The notes beneath the pieces were generated by a model. The model worked only from the letters and a program-made list of their open reading frames with translations, ran no database searches and was not told where the DNA came from. This document shows positions 11,801 to 22,428 of a DNA stretch of 64,000 nucleotides, piece by piece (position 1 is the stretch's first letter; each line of letters starts with the position of its first letter). The stretch is taken from the NCBI GenBank assembly GCA_050084515.1, contig CM114271.1, forward strand, positions 32,116,001 to 32,180,000, in the 5' to 3' direction. The position numbers and the translations under genes are program-made. This DNA is from Blasia pusilla. Its lineage: Eukaryota.

Positions 11801-12862
11801 TCCAAAGTCAGTTATTGAAAATCTTCTCAAGGCGACTTCTTTAGTTTCTGACATTGTTTCGTGCTGATTTACAGATGGACCACTCCTACGTGTACTGCTT
11901 CGTTCGGCCCGAGCACAATTTCCAGGTGTTCAAGATCCAGGATCCTGTGGATCCATGCTCAGATGGGTACAGCTTAGATAGTTTGTACAATTCCCCCCCG
12001 GGAATTTACATGCAAGACAGTACCCCGCTTCTGGGAGGAAGGGAAAAGTCGCCAGCCCTGATGCAAACGCTCATCGAGCTCTGCTCAAGGCCGGGTGACT
12101 TGGTGTTCGACTTAGTGGGCCTTTCAGGGGCGAGTATCAGAGGCGCCTGGCAGAGTGGCAGGAACATTCTCTGCCTCGAGGGAAGGCAGGAACTGTTTGA
12201 CCTTTGCAAGGAGGCAAAGGCAGAATACGAAAGGCTCGTTGGGGCGTACAACTCTCCACCGAAGCCGAGAGCTCCGGTTCCAGAGCCACCCTTGGTAGTG
12301 ACTCCATCGTCACTTCCAACGATTCCCAAAATCGGGAGGGCAAGGCCGAAAGTGATTTTGCAAGAGCTCTCGGACGATGACGAGTGAGTTCAAAGAACTC
12401 AACGACCCAGCTTGACTGCAGCGTTTGGAGTAGGGAGTTTTTTGATAATTTGGCAAAAGATTTCATAGAATAGATCAAATGTACAGTTCCGAGCTTTTTT
12501 CGGATGATATAAAGCAGAAGATTTTTTCGATCGATGGTGGTGCTTGTAAATGTTTGCTGATCATTTTGTCTTTTCGAATGTGATCGTCTATGTACTCCAC
12601 GGTCTTCTACTTTGCAACCCGTCGGATTTCTCCTGCTTGCAATTTTCACTTTATGACCACTGCAACCCGTCGGATTTCTCCTCCTTGCAACTTTTCGCTT
12701 TTTGACCACTGGACCCTTTTTACCACCTCCAGGCAACCTGTCTGATTCCGACAGGTTGCCTGATCGGACCCTTTCGGATCAGGCAGTCTGGCGGGCTTCT
12801 TCCCTTGGCACCTTCCCCTCAACTCGTAAAGGCAGGCGTAGGCTTCTTTTCTTCTCTCAGAC

Positions 12863-13183
12863 GTGTTGGATTCCTTCTACCTGTGCGGTTGCCATAGTGG
12901 TATTACCGGGGACGGAGCAGATATTGATACTGGATGGGTGTCACATTGCAGAGCGTACAAGGTATACTGCCGAGGAAGGCGGTGGGACTCGAGACAGGTT
13001 ACATGGGACCGTTATGGTGTACCTAGGGGGGGGCCAAGGCTCTCGAATTCGCCAACATTTTCGATCCCCGTCTACAACCGGCCAGAGGAGCCACTTGAAT
13101 CCCAGGACATTCCTTTGGTACTGTCACCGAGGAGAGTTAGGAGTAAATTTGTAGATGACGAGGCTGAAGAAATCATAGACTAG
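12863..13183 (+). CDS. Possible small third ORF or exon of the Mutator-like element, function unknown
   Basis: 106-codon open frame ending in an acidic motif (SKFVDDEAEEIID); no ATG start and no recognised domain. Confidence 0.2.
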   Translation: MLDSFYLCGCHSGITGDGADIDTGWVSHCRAYKVYCRGRRWDSRQVTWDRYGVPRGGPRLSNSPTFSIPVYNRPEEPLESQDIPLVLSPRRVRSKFVDDEAEEIID

Positions 13184-14297
13184 GTTCAATGTACATTTCC
13201 GAGGTTCCTTCGGAGGTAATAAAGGACGAGATTTTTTGAACCCATAATGGTGTTTGTAAAAGTTTTCTGGAATATGTTTTTGGACTTGTGGAGGTGGTGC
13301 AAGAGAAAGGCCCAGCAGCAGGCTGTCCAAGAACAAGTCAAGAAGATTGTACAAGGTGATAATGCAGCCAAGTCACTCCATTGACCTCAAGCCTAGAGGA
13401 GACAAGGGAGATGGTGTAGGCACTAGGGAGTCTCCAGGGTATCCAATGAAGGAGATAGAGTGCTTGATTGCTGTTGTAGAGGAGGGTTTGAACCAAGGGG
13501 GTGGATCTGATTGTTAGGGCCAAGAAATGAAGAATAAGGGGCTAAGAAGAGGTCAATGGAGGCTGAGCTCAAATGCTTGGACTCTTGTGGGCTAGAAGAT
13601 TCCTCATGGAAGCCTAGAGGACCTCATTTGAAGGCCATAAAGCTTGAGAATCCAAGGGAGAGATCTATGGAGTTGAGAGGATCCAAGGAGTGATTTCTGG
13701 AAGATTTGTGCAGGTGGAGCTAAGTGGAGGTGTGAACTGAGGGCGGGGCTCGAACCAGATTGAGAAGAAGCAAGCATGGGAAGAATATAGAGGTAGATCT
13801 CACCTTCAAGCATGTCCAAGAGACAGGTCGAGCCTATGCCATCAATGTTGCTCAAGAGGCTTTAGTTAGGGCAGGTTCAGAAGTAGATGAGGTAGAAATT
13901 TCAGGCAGTAGATGCCTTGGAGTAGATGCTTAGGGTTGGCATCCGGGTGGTCCTCCAACAAAAATACCAAGGGCACTGCTTTTTGTTGACCGAGATGAGG
14001 AGATGTTAAGAAACTTAGGCTCACATGGAGAGTGATGGAAAAATGTTTGTAGTGGTCTTATGATGTCTACTTTTTTTTCGCCCCAAGGAAAAAGGAGGTT
14101 TTTTTAGGGCCAAATGTGGACCACTACCTACTCTCTTCTAAAGATTTCATGGATTTGAAAGCAAACAAAAATTTCAAATATGTCATAAAGTTTTGAAGAG
14201 AGGAGATGGATTTGGCCCTTTTTTTTGAAGAGAGACTCTCCTCTCTTCCTCTCTTCCTCTCCTCTCTTACTCTCTCCTGCCAGAATACCAGCCCCCC

Positions 14298-14768
14298 AAT
14301 ATCTTGATCTTCTACATATATCAAAGGTAGAAATTGAGACCTGATGAAAGTAGCAATACCGCCATAACCCCTTCTAGCCCGTTGCCTTCTTTGGTTCCAT
14401 GTCGATCCCACCAAAGTAAATCCTTGCATCTCCTCTCCAATAGTATTGCTCTCATGTTCCCAAGTCTCCACAATATTGATGATGTCCGCTATCTCCCAAA
14501 TTGATAGAGCACTCACATATTTTGTTGTTGAAAGGCCTTGTATATTCCACATAAACACTCTCAACTTCTTGGATTGCTAGGTTGATAGCTCTCTTTTTCT
14601 CTGGGTAACAATTGCTCGACCATCGCGTAGATAAGCAATAAAACCTGCTTCTTGAGCCTCTTTGACCTTGGCAAGCTCCTTTCTCCTAGCTTCGACTTGT
14701 AGAGGTGTAAGATCGGGATCCAACCATATCCTCTGTCTTTTGAGAATGGCCTTGTTAGCCATGGCAGT
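14298..14768 (-). pseudogene. Host LINE: ORF1 C-terminus and ORF2 endonuclease N-terminus
   Basis: AMANKAILKRQRIWLDPDLTPLQVEARRKEL and RVFMWNIQGL..IVETW match 42580-43045. Confidence 0.9.
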
Positions 14769-15222
14769 TGTCACATCTGGGTAGCCGATAGGTCGAGATC
14801 TATCGTGGATAGGTGTAGGAGCCAGCGGACTATCTTGAGTGTAACTTTGTCCCACAGTGTCGGATGAGGTTGAGGATAGGTCCATTGTGTCAGGAACGTT
14901 GTTTCTGACGAATTTCATGTTGAGGTCTTTTGCAGCCGAGTGACTTGTTGACCAGGTCAGCTGCCCCTGGTAACCTGTGCGCGCAGGTTACCAAGGGAAG
15001 GCTCTTCCCAACCTATATTAGAGAGGAAGATGGCTTTCCTAAGCCATCTTTCTCATGTTGGGCCGTTGGAGCACCTCCCTTGTATGTGTGTGAGCTAGGA
15101 CTAGGGTGCTAGCGTCCGTATTCCTTGATAGCACAGGGTGGACGAGGCTCGATATGCCGATGTAGATTGAGGAGTGGAGTTTTAGGCCGGGTGTGCCGTT
15201 TTTACTACTCTTTATTTTTACA
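14769..15222 (+). repeat. 5' terminal repeat (segment A) of the PHD-Gypsy
   Basis: TG...CA; contains TATA-like tatatta at 15014; near-identical to 27205-27683 apart from a short deletion. Confidence 0.8.
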
Positions 15223-15233
15223 TGAGAAAGATG
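15220..15233 (+). promoter_or_regulatory. Putative self-priming primer binding site
   Basis: acatgagaaagatg is the exact reverse complement of 15045-15058 (catctttctcatgt), which starts ~25 bp downstream of the LTR TATA; no TGG tRNA-type PBS is present. Confidence 0.55.
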
Positions 15234-15687
15234 TCAGGAGGCTGGTGGGAATTTGTTGTTTGGAGGTAGGCAAGCGAGTTGCCTTGGTCGGGAGCCCCTG
15301 GAGATGTGTGTGTGACGTTTTGTGTCATTTTTTCTGTTCGGAAGGCCATGGGTGGAAGAGCTGTCCGTTTTTCTCAGATTTTGCTGGTGCGGATTGATGG
15401 GGGACAGCAGCCAAGTGTAGCGTGTGGTGAGGCGTCGGGTGTACGCAAGTGAGGGTGTCGAGAGAGAAGGAAGGGCAGGTTTGGGTCTTGCAGCCGTTGG
15501 GAGGTTGTCAAGTAAAGGCGGCTAGGTTAGGTCGCGAAGTCTAGGGTTAGGGCCCGGCGGCGAGGGCCGAGGGGCGGCGTGACGGGCGCGGACGGGCTGG
15601 GAAGAGTCGCGGGAGCGCGGACGGCAGAGTCGCGGGCGGACAGGCGAGGGGCACGGACGCCCACCCCCCCAGGAGCACGTTTGACAT

Positions 15688-17902
15688 GTGAGAGCGGTCT
15701 TGTCTAAGCTAAGGGCAAATCAGCTGTATGCGAATGTAGAGAAGAGCGAATTTGGTTTGAGTAAGATCAAATTCTTGGGTCATGTGGTCAGTGCAGATGG
15801 CGTCAGTCCAGACATGGAAAAGGTAAAAGCGATTTCCGAGTGGGAACCCCCATCCACTGTAAAGGGGATGAGGAGGTTCATAGGTGCGGTGCAATTTTAC
15901 CGTACTTATGTAAAAAAACTTTTCGGGAATTGTGAGACCTCTCACGGATTGGACGGCAAAGTTTGCCAACACGACTTGGACCCAGGAAGTTAATGAGGCA
16001 TTCAACCGAGTGAAGCAGATTCTATCGCAGGAACCAGTGTTAAAACTGTCAGAGTTTGACAAACCGTTCGAAGTGCATACCGATGCTAGTGATTTCGCGG
16101 TTGCAGGAATGTTGGTGCAAGAAGGGAGACCGGTGGCATATGAGAGCAAGAAGCTTAGCGATACTGAAAGGAGATGGCCTACTCACGAGAAAGAGTTGTT
16201 CGCGGTGGTACATTGCTTGAGGAAGTGGCGGCATTATCTAGGGCTCCACAGGACTCGAGTATTCACCGATAATATATCACTCAAGTATTTTGAGACCCAA
16301 GATCGAGTGACACCGAAACAACTGCGGTGGCATGATACCTTGGCGCTGATGGATGTAGAGTTGATCCACAAGCCAGGTAAAGATAATGTGATTCCAGATG
16401 CGTTAAGTCGCAAGGAGGAACACATGCCATCGACGACACAGGTCTTGAGAGCAATGTTCCCTAAGGAAACAGATCTGGAGAGAAGGATTCGTGAAGGATA
16501 TATGAAGGATGCTCAAGCAGGGGAATACCTGAGGAAGTTGAAGCAGGGTGAGAAGGTGGCCAACATAAGTTTGAGGCACGGTTTACTAAGGTTCAAACAG
16601 AGTAGGATCTATGTAGGGCAAGGCAGAATGCGAACCAAGGTGTTAGCGGAATGTCACGACGGGCCCTTGGCAGGACATAAAGGAGAGAAATCTACGCTAG
16701 CTGTTCTGTCGAAGCGGTTCTTTTGGCCCAACATGAAGGAGGATGTTGCTCAATATGTGAAGACCTGTGTGACCTGCCAAGCGAATAGAGTCTCTTATGA
16801 TAAGAAACAGGGCTTGCTGCATCCCTTGCCGATCCCCGAAGGACCCTTGCAAAGTGTGAGTATGGATTTTATCACGAGTCTTCCGGAATCTGGGGGATAC
16901 AACGCTATACTTATGATTGTCGATCGGTTTAGCAAGTTGGCGAGATTCGTGCCGACGATGGATTCCGCAACGGCGTATACGACGGCGCAACTATTCCTCG
17001 ATAGCTGGTGGCGTGCTCATGGTTTGCCGAGGAGCATTGTTTCAGATCGGGATCCAAAGTTTACCAGTGCTTTCTGGAAGCACTTGTTCAGAAGGTTTAA
17101 GACCAAGCTGAGTTTCAGTACGGCTTTCCACCCACAGACGGATGGACAGACTGAAAAGGTAAACTCTATCGTGAATCAGTACTTGAGGAATTATGTCAGT
17201 GCTGATCAACGCGATTGGGTCAAGTGGCTGAGCATGGCGGAATACTGCTACAACTCGACCAAGCATTCTGCAACAGGAGAATCTCCGTTTCTCCTGGCAA
17301 ATGGACGAGAGCCAGAAGGGCCTCTTGATCTAGCCCTTTCGAAGGGTACTACATTGGCACGAACACGACAAGCGACGGTAGAAAGTTTGTTGGTAGAGAT
17401 GCGAGAACGAGAAGTGAGCGCGAGGCGAAGTCTTGCAAAGGCTCAAATGAGGTACGTGAAGCATGCTAACAAGAGTCGGCGCCAAGTACGATTCCAAGTC
17501 GGAGAACAAGTGTGGTTGAGTGTGAAGAATCTCACTCTTCCGAAAGAGTTGTCTACGAAGCTGTCTGCCAAGTATGTTGGACCGTATGTGATTGTGGCAA
17601 ACCCGTTTGAGGATGTGTATACGTTGAGACTGCCGGACGAGTTCAAGATTCACCCGACCTTTCATGTGTCATTATTGAAGAAATACCTTCAAGATAATGG
17701 ACGTTTCGAGCGGAGACAGGTGGTGAGACCGCACCCGGTCATCGTAAATGAGGAGCCGGAGTTCGAGGGGGAGACCATCTTACGTTCGAGGCGTCGGGCC
17801 AACAAGTATGAATACTGGGTAAAATGGAAGGGCTACCATGTGAAGGAGGCGACTTGGATTATGGAGGCGGATTTGGAACACGCAAGAAGAGTTGTTGTGT
17901 GA
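15688..17902 (+). pseudogene. Chromovirus pol: RT C-terminus, RNase H, integrase, chromodomain (frameshift near 15920)
   Basis: FLGHVVS; VHTDASDFA; HEKELFAVV; H-H-C-C zinc finger; SMDFI, SDRDPKF, HPQTDGQTE; GPY motif; IHPTFHVSLLK; chromodomain EYWVKWKGY..ATW. Confidence 0.92.
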
Positions 17903-18627
17903 CTTCAAGCGAACACAAGCGAAGCACATACGTTAGTATGAGGAGAAGCTAGAGACATGACTTGTAATCACTGGAATCTTGGGCCGAAGGCCGTTGTAAC
18001 TAGAATATGCTAGTGTTGCAATAAAGGAGTGTATGGATTTGGAGATTCGATACCAGTGTTGATTGCAATTTGTATGTGGTAGTGCATGGCTATGAGTCGT
18101 TCATCATAGACTTAGAATGTACGACAAGAGGACAGACAAGGAGTATTTGAGGTAAGAGCTCGTATGTGGATAAGCACCTAGAACAGGACCTTGTGTTGGA
18201 TTACACTCGGGCTCGCCCTAGCGTCGGCGGGGCAGATGAAGTCTGCCTTGGGGCTTGGGTTGATCTTACTTGTGGCCACATAAGTAAACTTAGTGACGCG
18301 CCTAAGTCAAATACGAGAGCGACCCAATAGATGTACGATTTGTGGACCAGGTAAACAGGTGTGATGTTTACAGTAATGAGTCGAAAGAGTCTAAGGTTGC
18401 ACACTTAGTTAGCTTATTTGATAGGTTAGTTCCTTGGAACTAGTCCAGGCTTATCGAAGATGAGAGGCTAATAATTCTAAGTGGGGCAAAGCGACAACTA
18501 AAGACTAAGAGGAATTGCGGGTTAACCACCAGAACGCAATTCAATGTCAAGGGGTAGGCTGCCCAGGAGACTTGACATAATAAAGGTTTGCGTTGATGAG
18601 GGCATCAACATCTAAAAGAGGGGTGAG

Positions 18628-19619
18628 TGTCGCGACCCTCATGACCAAACAAGTGCCAAGCGGAACATCGGAACATTAGCGGGCTCACGCTAAGATGGTT
18701 TGCGCGTTGGAGTTGTCTCAAAGAGGAGACAAGAGATGAGACGCGAGCGAGAAGCCGCGTTTCAGATGTGATGGTCGCGACTCGGAAAGCTGGACCAAAC
18801 GCGGAATAAGACTTGAAAGAAGTCGAGTCTAGGAAGTGGGTTGCCAAAGGAAAGATCCGGACTTGGAACGCCACTTGCGTTTGAGAGTTTCCGACTGTAT
18901 TTATGGCCATAACTTTTAGCGCCGAGATGCGTTTGGAGCAGATAAGAGTGCGTTGGAAAGCTTATGGAGAGCCGGTTCAAACGCACCAAAGATCGCTGCA
19001 AACGCATAAGCAGCGGCCGAGATACAACCCGAAAACGACTGTAAGTGGAGTCGGGTTGAGGGCCACAATGAAGGGCCCGAACCTCTTTTCCCAAAGGGGA
19101 GGGGTTATTGGAGAACTCCAGAAGTACTAGTAAGGGGGAAGGTCTCCGAGAGTGCTTGGAACCCAAACCCCACTTTGGGCGGCTCAAGGGCATGGAACGA
19201 AACGCGAGTTTGGGCGTTGGGTTGGAAAACCTGCACCAAGTCCAATGAGGCGATTTTAGACATCCCTCTTGGATTTCACGCCGCGACTCAATTACTTGGG
19301 TCTCGGTTCGGAACTCACACGAGGACCGTTGAACAGTTGGGATCGCTAGGCGTGTAAGTGCCGTTTCAGATCCCTGGACTAACCAGGAAGTCTGTTCCAA
19401 GTCTTGAAGGACTTGCCATGTGTTGGGAGCTAGGAATTAAGGAAGGTTGAGCTTGATGAGACGCCGAGTTGAGGACTCGGTGGGTTGGAACGCCGGTTGG
19501 CCAAACCCGACTAACGAGAGTGCGTGTTTGGGTGCAGATCGGCGTTGAGTTCGTGACCTACTGAACGCACGCTTCCGCAACACTAAAGATTGACGTTCAA
19601 GGAGAGTAGGGGCGCGACA
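18628..19619 (+). repeat. Chromovirus 3' LTR (~990 bp)
   Basis: tgtcgcg...cgcgaca termini; homologous to 53802-54785 (minus). Confidence 0.92.
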
Positions 19620-22428
19620 GTACGTATGAGACAATGGGGAAACTTCATGCGGCAGGTGAGTTCACTATTTTGTCTTGTCAAGCTCACACTGAGAATTGTT
19701 TGTAAAGTTGTAGCTCAGGGTGAGAAGCGTGGGAATTATATGGATTTCAAACCCAAGAAACCAAGCAAGTTGTCGGATGCGACGGGTTGCCCGAGTGTGC
19801 AACCCGACGGAAACCGACGGGTTGCATTTAGATTTTTGGTGCAACCCGAGTGTGCAACCCGAGTGTGCAACCCGTCGAGACCCGACGGGTCATAGAGTCG
19901 TTCATGGGATGCATCGGCCTTGCAACCCGTCTGGTTCCGACGGGTTGCAGTAGGTGGGTTTAAGGTTACAACACGTCGGGACCCGACGGGTCGCAGAGTC
20001 GTTCATGGGATGCCTCGGGCCTACAACCCATCTGGTTCCGACAGGTTGCTTATTTCTTTGACTCCTGAGTTATTTTCGTTCCCTTCTAACATTGCCGTCG
20101 TTGCAGGGATTGAACGTTCATGAAAATGCCCTCTGCCCCAACACAAGTGGAGCAGAAAGTGTTCATTCCTCTTGGAGGTCGTCACAAGCATGCCAACGAA
20201 TTTCACTTGTGGAGGCATGCCAACAAGACCAGGCAAGAGCAATGCTACAGTCTGCAGCATCCCATATCTTCCTCACAAAAGGCATAACAAAAGGAAAGGG
20301 GCCGTCGATCTACGAGCTCTATGTCAGGGCGGCTGTGAGATCTGGTGATGAAAAAATGTATGTGGAAGCCTTCAACCGGTGCGTAGCTGGAACTCCACTC
20401 GAGCAAGACGTACACATTGGTGGGGATATTCGTGGGCGGGTTTCAAGACGTCCCATACAGATGGTGGTAGAGCAGTCCGAACGAGACTCGTGGAGACCAG
20501 ATAAGTATCTTGACTTCAGGCAGGTGAAGAGGCAGCATCGAGGAACGAATCCGGTGATTGATTTGGATGAGGAAATTACACCGCCCAGGTATTCGGGGAC
20601 CCCGGACCCGTCCCAAATCCGTGATGGAGTTACTTCTCCAAAATCAGTGAATGTTTTATTTCAAAAGCCCTCCGTTGCTGGAAGTTCGCAACATCCTGTC
20701 ACTGGGGTGGTTCAACAATATGGGATTCCGGTAATGGAGGTGGATTGCAACCTAAAACGGTGGCATATATCTCGGAGCAACCCAAGACGTGGACCCACCT
20801 GCAGGGCAGGATCTGATGGCATTAGGAGAGCATGCGGCACTTTCCTAAATAAGAACTGTACAAGGATTGGACGACCACTGCCTGGGTTTTGGGGACTCAA
20901 AACCTTTGATCGTTTCACGAGGACCAGGGATCAATTGAAGTACTTCTTCTGCCCAAATGAATCTTGCGCTTTCCGGAAGTCTTATCCGGCTGCCATTGGA
21001 GCTCCCGGGAATACCCCCATGATTTGGCCAATCGCCGTAGGTACGAACTGCACTCAAGATGAAGTGGACAATCTTACAAGTGCCGGTTTCAGACTCGTAG
21101 ACGGGGGAAGTTCGGAGCATGTTTGCATTACAGAGACCTTCGCATTTTGTATTCAACCCAAGATTGATGTCAACATGTACCCGGAGAAGGTGGATGATCT
21201 CAATCCATTGTTTCTGTTTGAGTCTAGAAATGGGGTGAAGAGAAACAGAATGTGCAGGCCAACGGTGGAGAGAGCAAAGCGAATTGCAGCAGCTCAGGAG
21301 GCAAAAATGGAGATCATCGCCACAAAAGATGTCTTGAGTGGCAATGGAATAGGAAGGATGTATTGGGTCAGGAACAACACTGTAAATTCAAGTGTCAAAG
21401 GGGTGTATGTGGTGCACATCTGCTGCTTTCCCACATGTTCATGTGATGACTTTGTCCAAAGAGAGACAAGTGGCAAAAGGTATTTTCCTTGTAAGCACAT
21501 GTACTATGTAATGGTAAATGGTAAATGGTAAATACATCAAGCCCGTGGGACCCAAAGGGTCAAAAGGCTGAAAAACACATTACAAGTCATTCATGCACTG
21601 ACCCTGAAAAATATCGTTAAGACCTTCTCCTAGCTACAACCTTGAGCACTTGAGCGATGAATAATGACGTCCCTAATATAACAACCTAAATCATACAGCA
21701 CTAGCTGTAGTAAAGAATAGAAATTCTCCACATCTATTTTATGAGCTAGTCTAATCTCTTCATACCTTGGACATGTAACAAACACATGCTCTTCATCCTC
21801 AATATTTTCTTCGTCACATAACCTACAAATTCGTTCACTTCTATCAATTTAAAACCATCGTCCTTCCTCAATTCCTAGCCTATGTGACCCAGTTCTACAT
21901 GTTGCTGGTAGTTTTAAGAGAGTCGGAGGTAGGAGTAGGAATCCACCAACCAATTCTGTCCCTCAAAGAAGTTTAAAGTATTTTAAACAAACCACTTTGA
22001 GGATGCAAAATGAGGTTTTAGATTGTACTTTTATTTTTTTCTCAACTTTCACTTTGAGCTTGAACTCTATTCAGCCCCGGGCAAATGACAGATTTTTTCC
22101 ACACCTTGGATGGAAAAAGTGATTGGTTCCACACTTATGATTCCACTCTTTTCAGTTTTCTAAATTTTGAGCAATTTGCAACTCGTCGGACTCAGAGGGG
22201 TTGCCAAAATATGGAAGAGGAAAAAAAAACTATGGGACTGCTTAATATATGAACAAAAAAGTGCAACAAATTCAAACAAAAATTTTCCTCTCTTCAACCC
22301 AACAGAAACTCTCTTCAAAAAAAAGTATCTATTTCGGTTGAAGGTAGTTTCCTCTCTCCTCTCTCCTCTCTCCTCTCTTCCTCTCTCCTCTCTCCTCTCT
22401 TCCTCTCTTCCTCTCCTCTTACCGCACC
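19620..22428 (+). mobile_element. Second, truncated copy of the Mutator-like element (transposase 3' part and terminus), opposite orientation
   Basis: Highly similar to the reverse complement of 1471-3980; intron 19656-20106 with palindromes; exon 20107-22000 with GAESVH and SWIM; ends ..cttaccgcacc. Confidence 0.92.
21510..21899 (-). mobile_element. 5'-truncated LINE insertion in the SWIM-coding region of MULE copy 2
   Basis: Reverse complement of LINE 46178-46555 with a (TTTACCA)3 tail; flanks rejoin as in copy 1 (catgtactatgt|gttgctgg). Confidence 0.92.

Larger units (their letters stand above)
7216..12387 (+). pseudogene. Transposon cargo gene: ParB/Srx-like domain plus beta-class N6-adenine/N4-cytosine DNA methyltransferase-like domain, ~1200 aa, 4 exons (7216-7850, 7941-8413, 9391-11419, 11875-12387); frameshift near 7615 and in-frame TAG at 9476
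   Basis: Phase-consistent GT-AG introns. Exon 2 IPLCRL..VRE..FFIWDGNHRFMAW fits the ParB GxxRxxA motif. Exon 3 has VDLLIADLPSG (DPPY position) and AYLSDRGCFLV. Exon 4 HSYVYCFVR and EKSPALMQTLIELCSRPGDLVFDLVGLSGASIRGAWQSGRNILCLE match the KP..L...LI...S..GD.VLDPF.GSG....A...GR..IG.E pattern. Confidence 0.8.
1471..14297. mobile_element. ~12.8-kb Mutator-like (MULE) DNA transposon with degenerate TIRs and two divergent genes
   Basis: Interrupts a LINE endonuclease region. TSD atatcttga at 1462-1470 and 14299-14307 (11 bp with one CpG-type mismatch: cgatatcttga/caatatcttga). Ends are G-start/C-end with inverted GA-rich tracts. The left end is also delimited by the second copy ending at 22428. 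Confidence 0.85.
15671..19619 (+). mobile_element. 3' half of a chromovirus (Ty3/Gypsy with chromodomain)
   Basis: pol remnant, PPT aaaagaggggtgag at 18614-18627, then 3' LTR; abuts the second MULE transposase copy. Confidence 0.9.

Noticed and set aside
7216-12387. Bacterial or phage contamination as the source of the ParB-MTase
   Set aside because: The gene has three phase-consistent GT-AG introns and a TATA box and sits within a TSD-bounded eukaryotic transposon.
15520-15670. Telomere-like ctagggttaggg and very GC-rich tract
   Set aside because: Only about 2 units; best explained as the Gypsy 5' leader, not an interstitial telomere.
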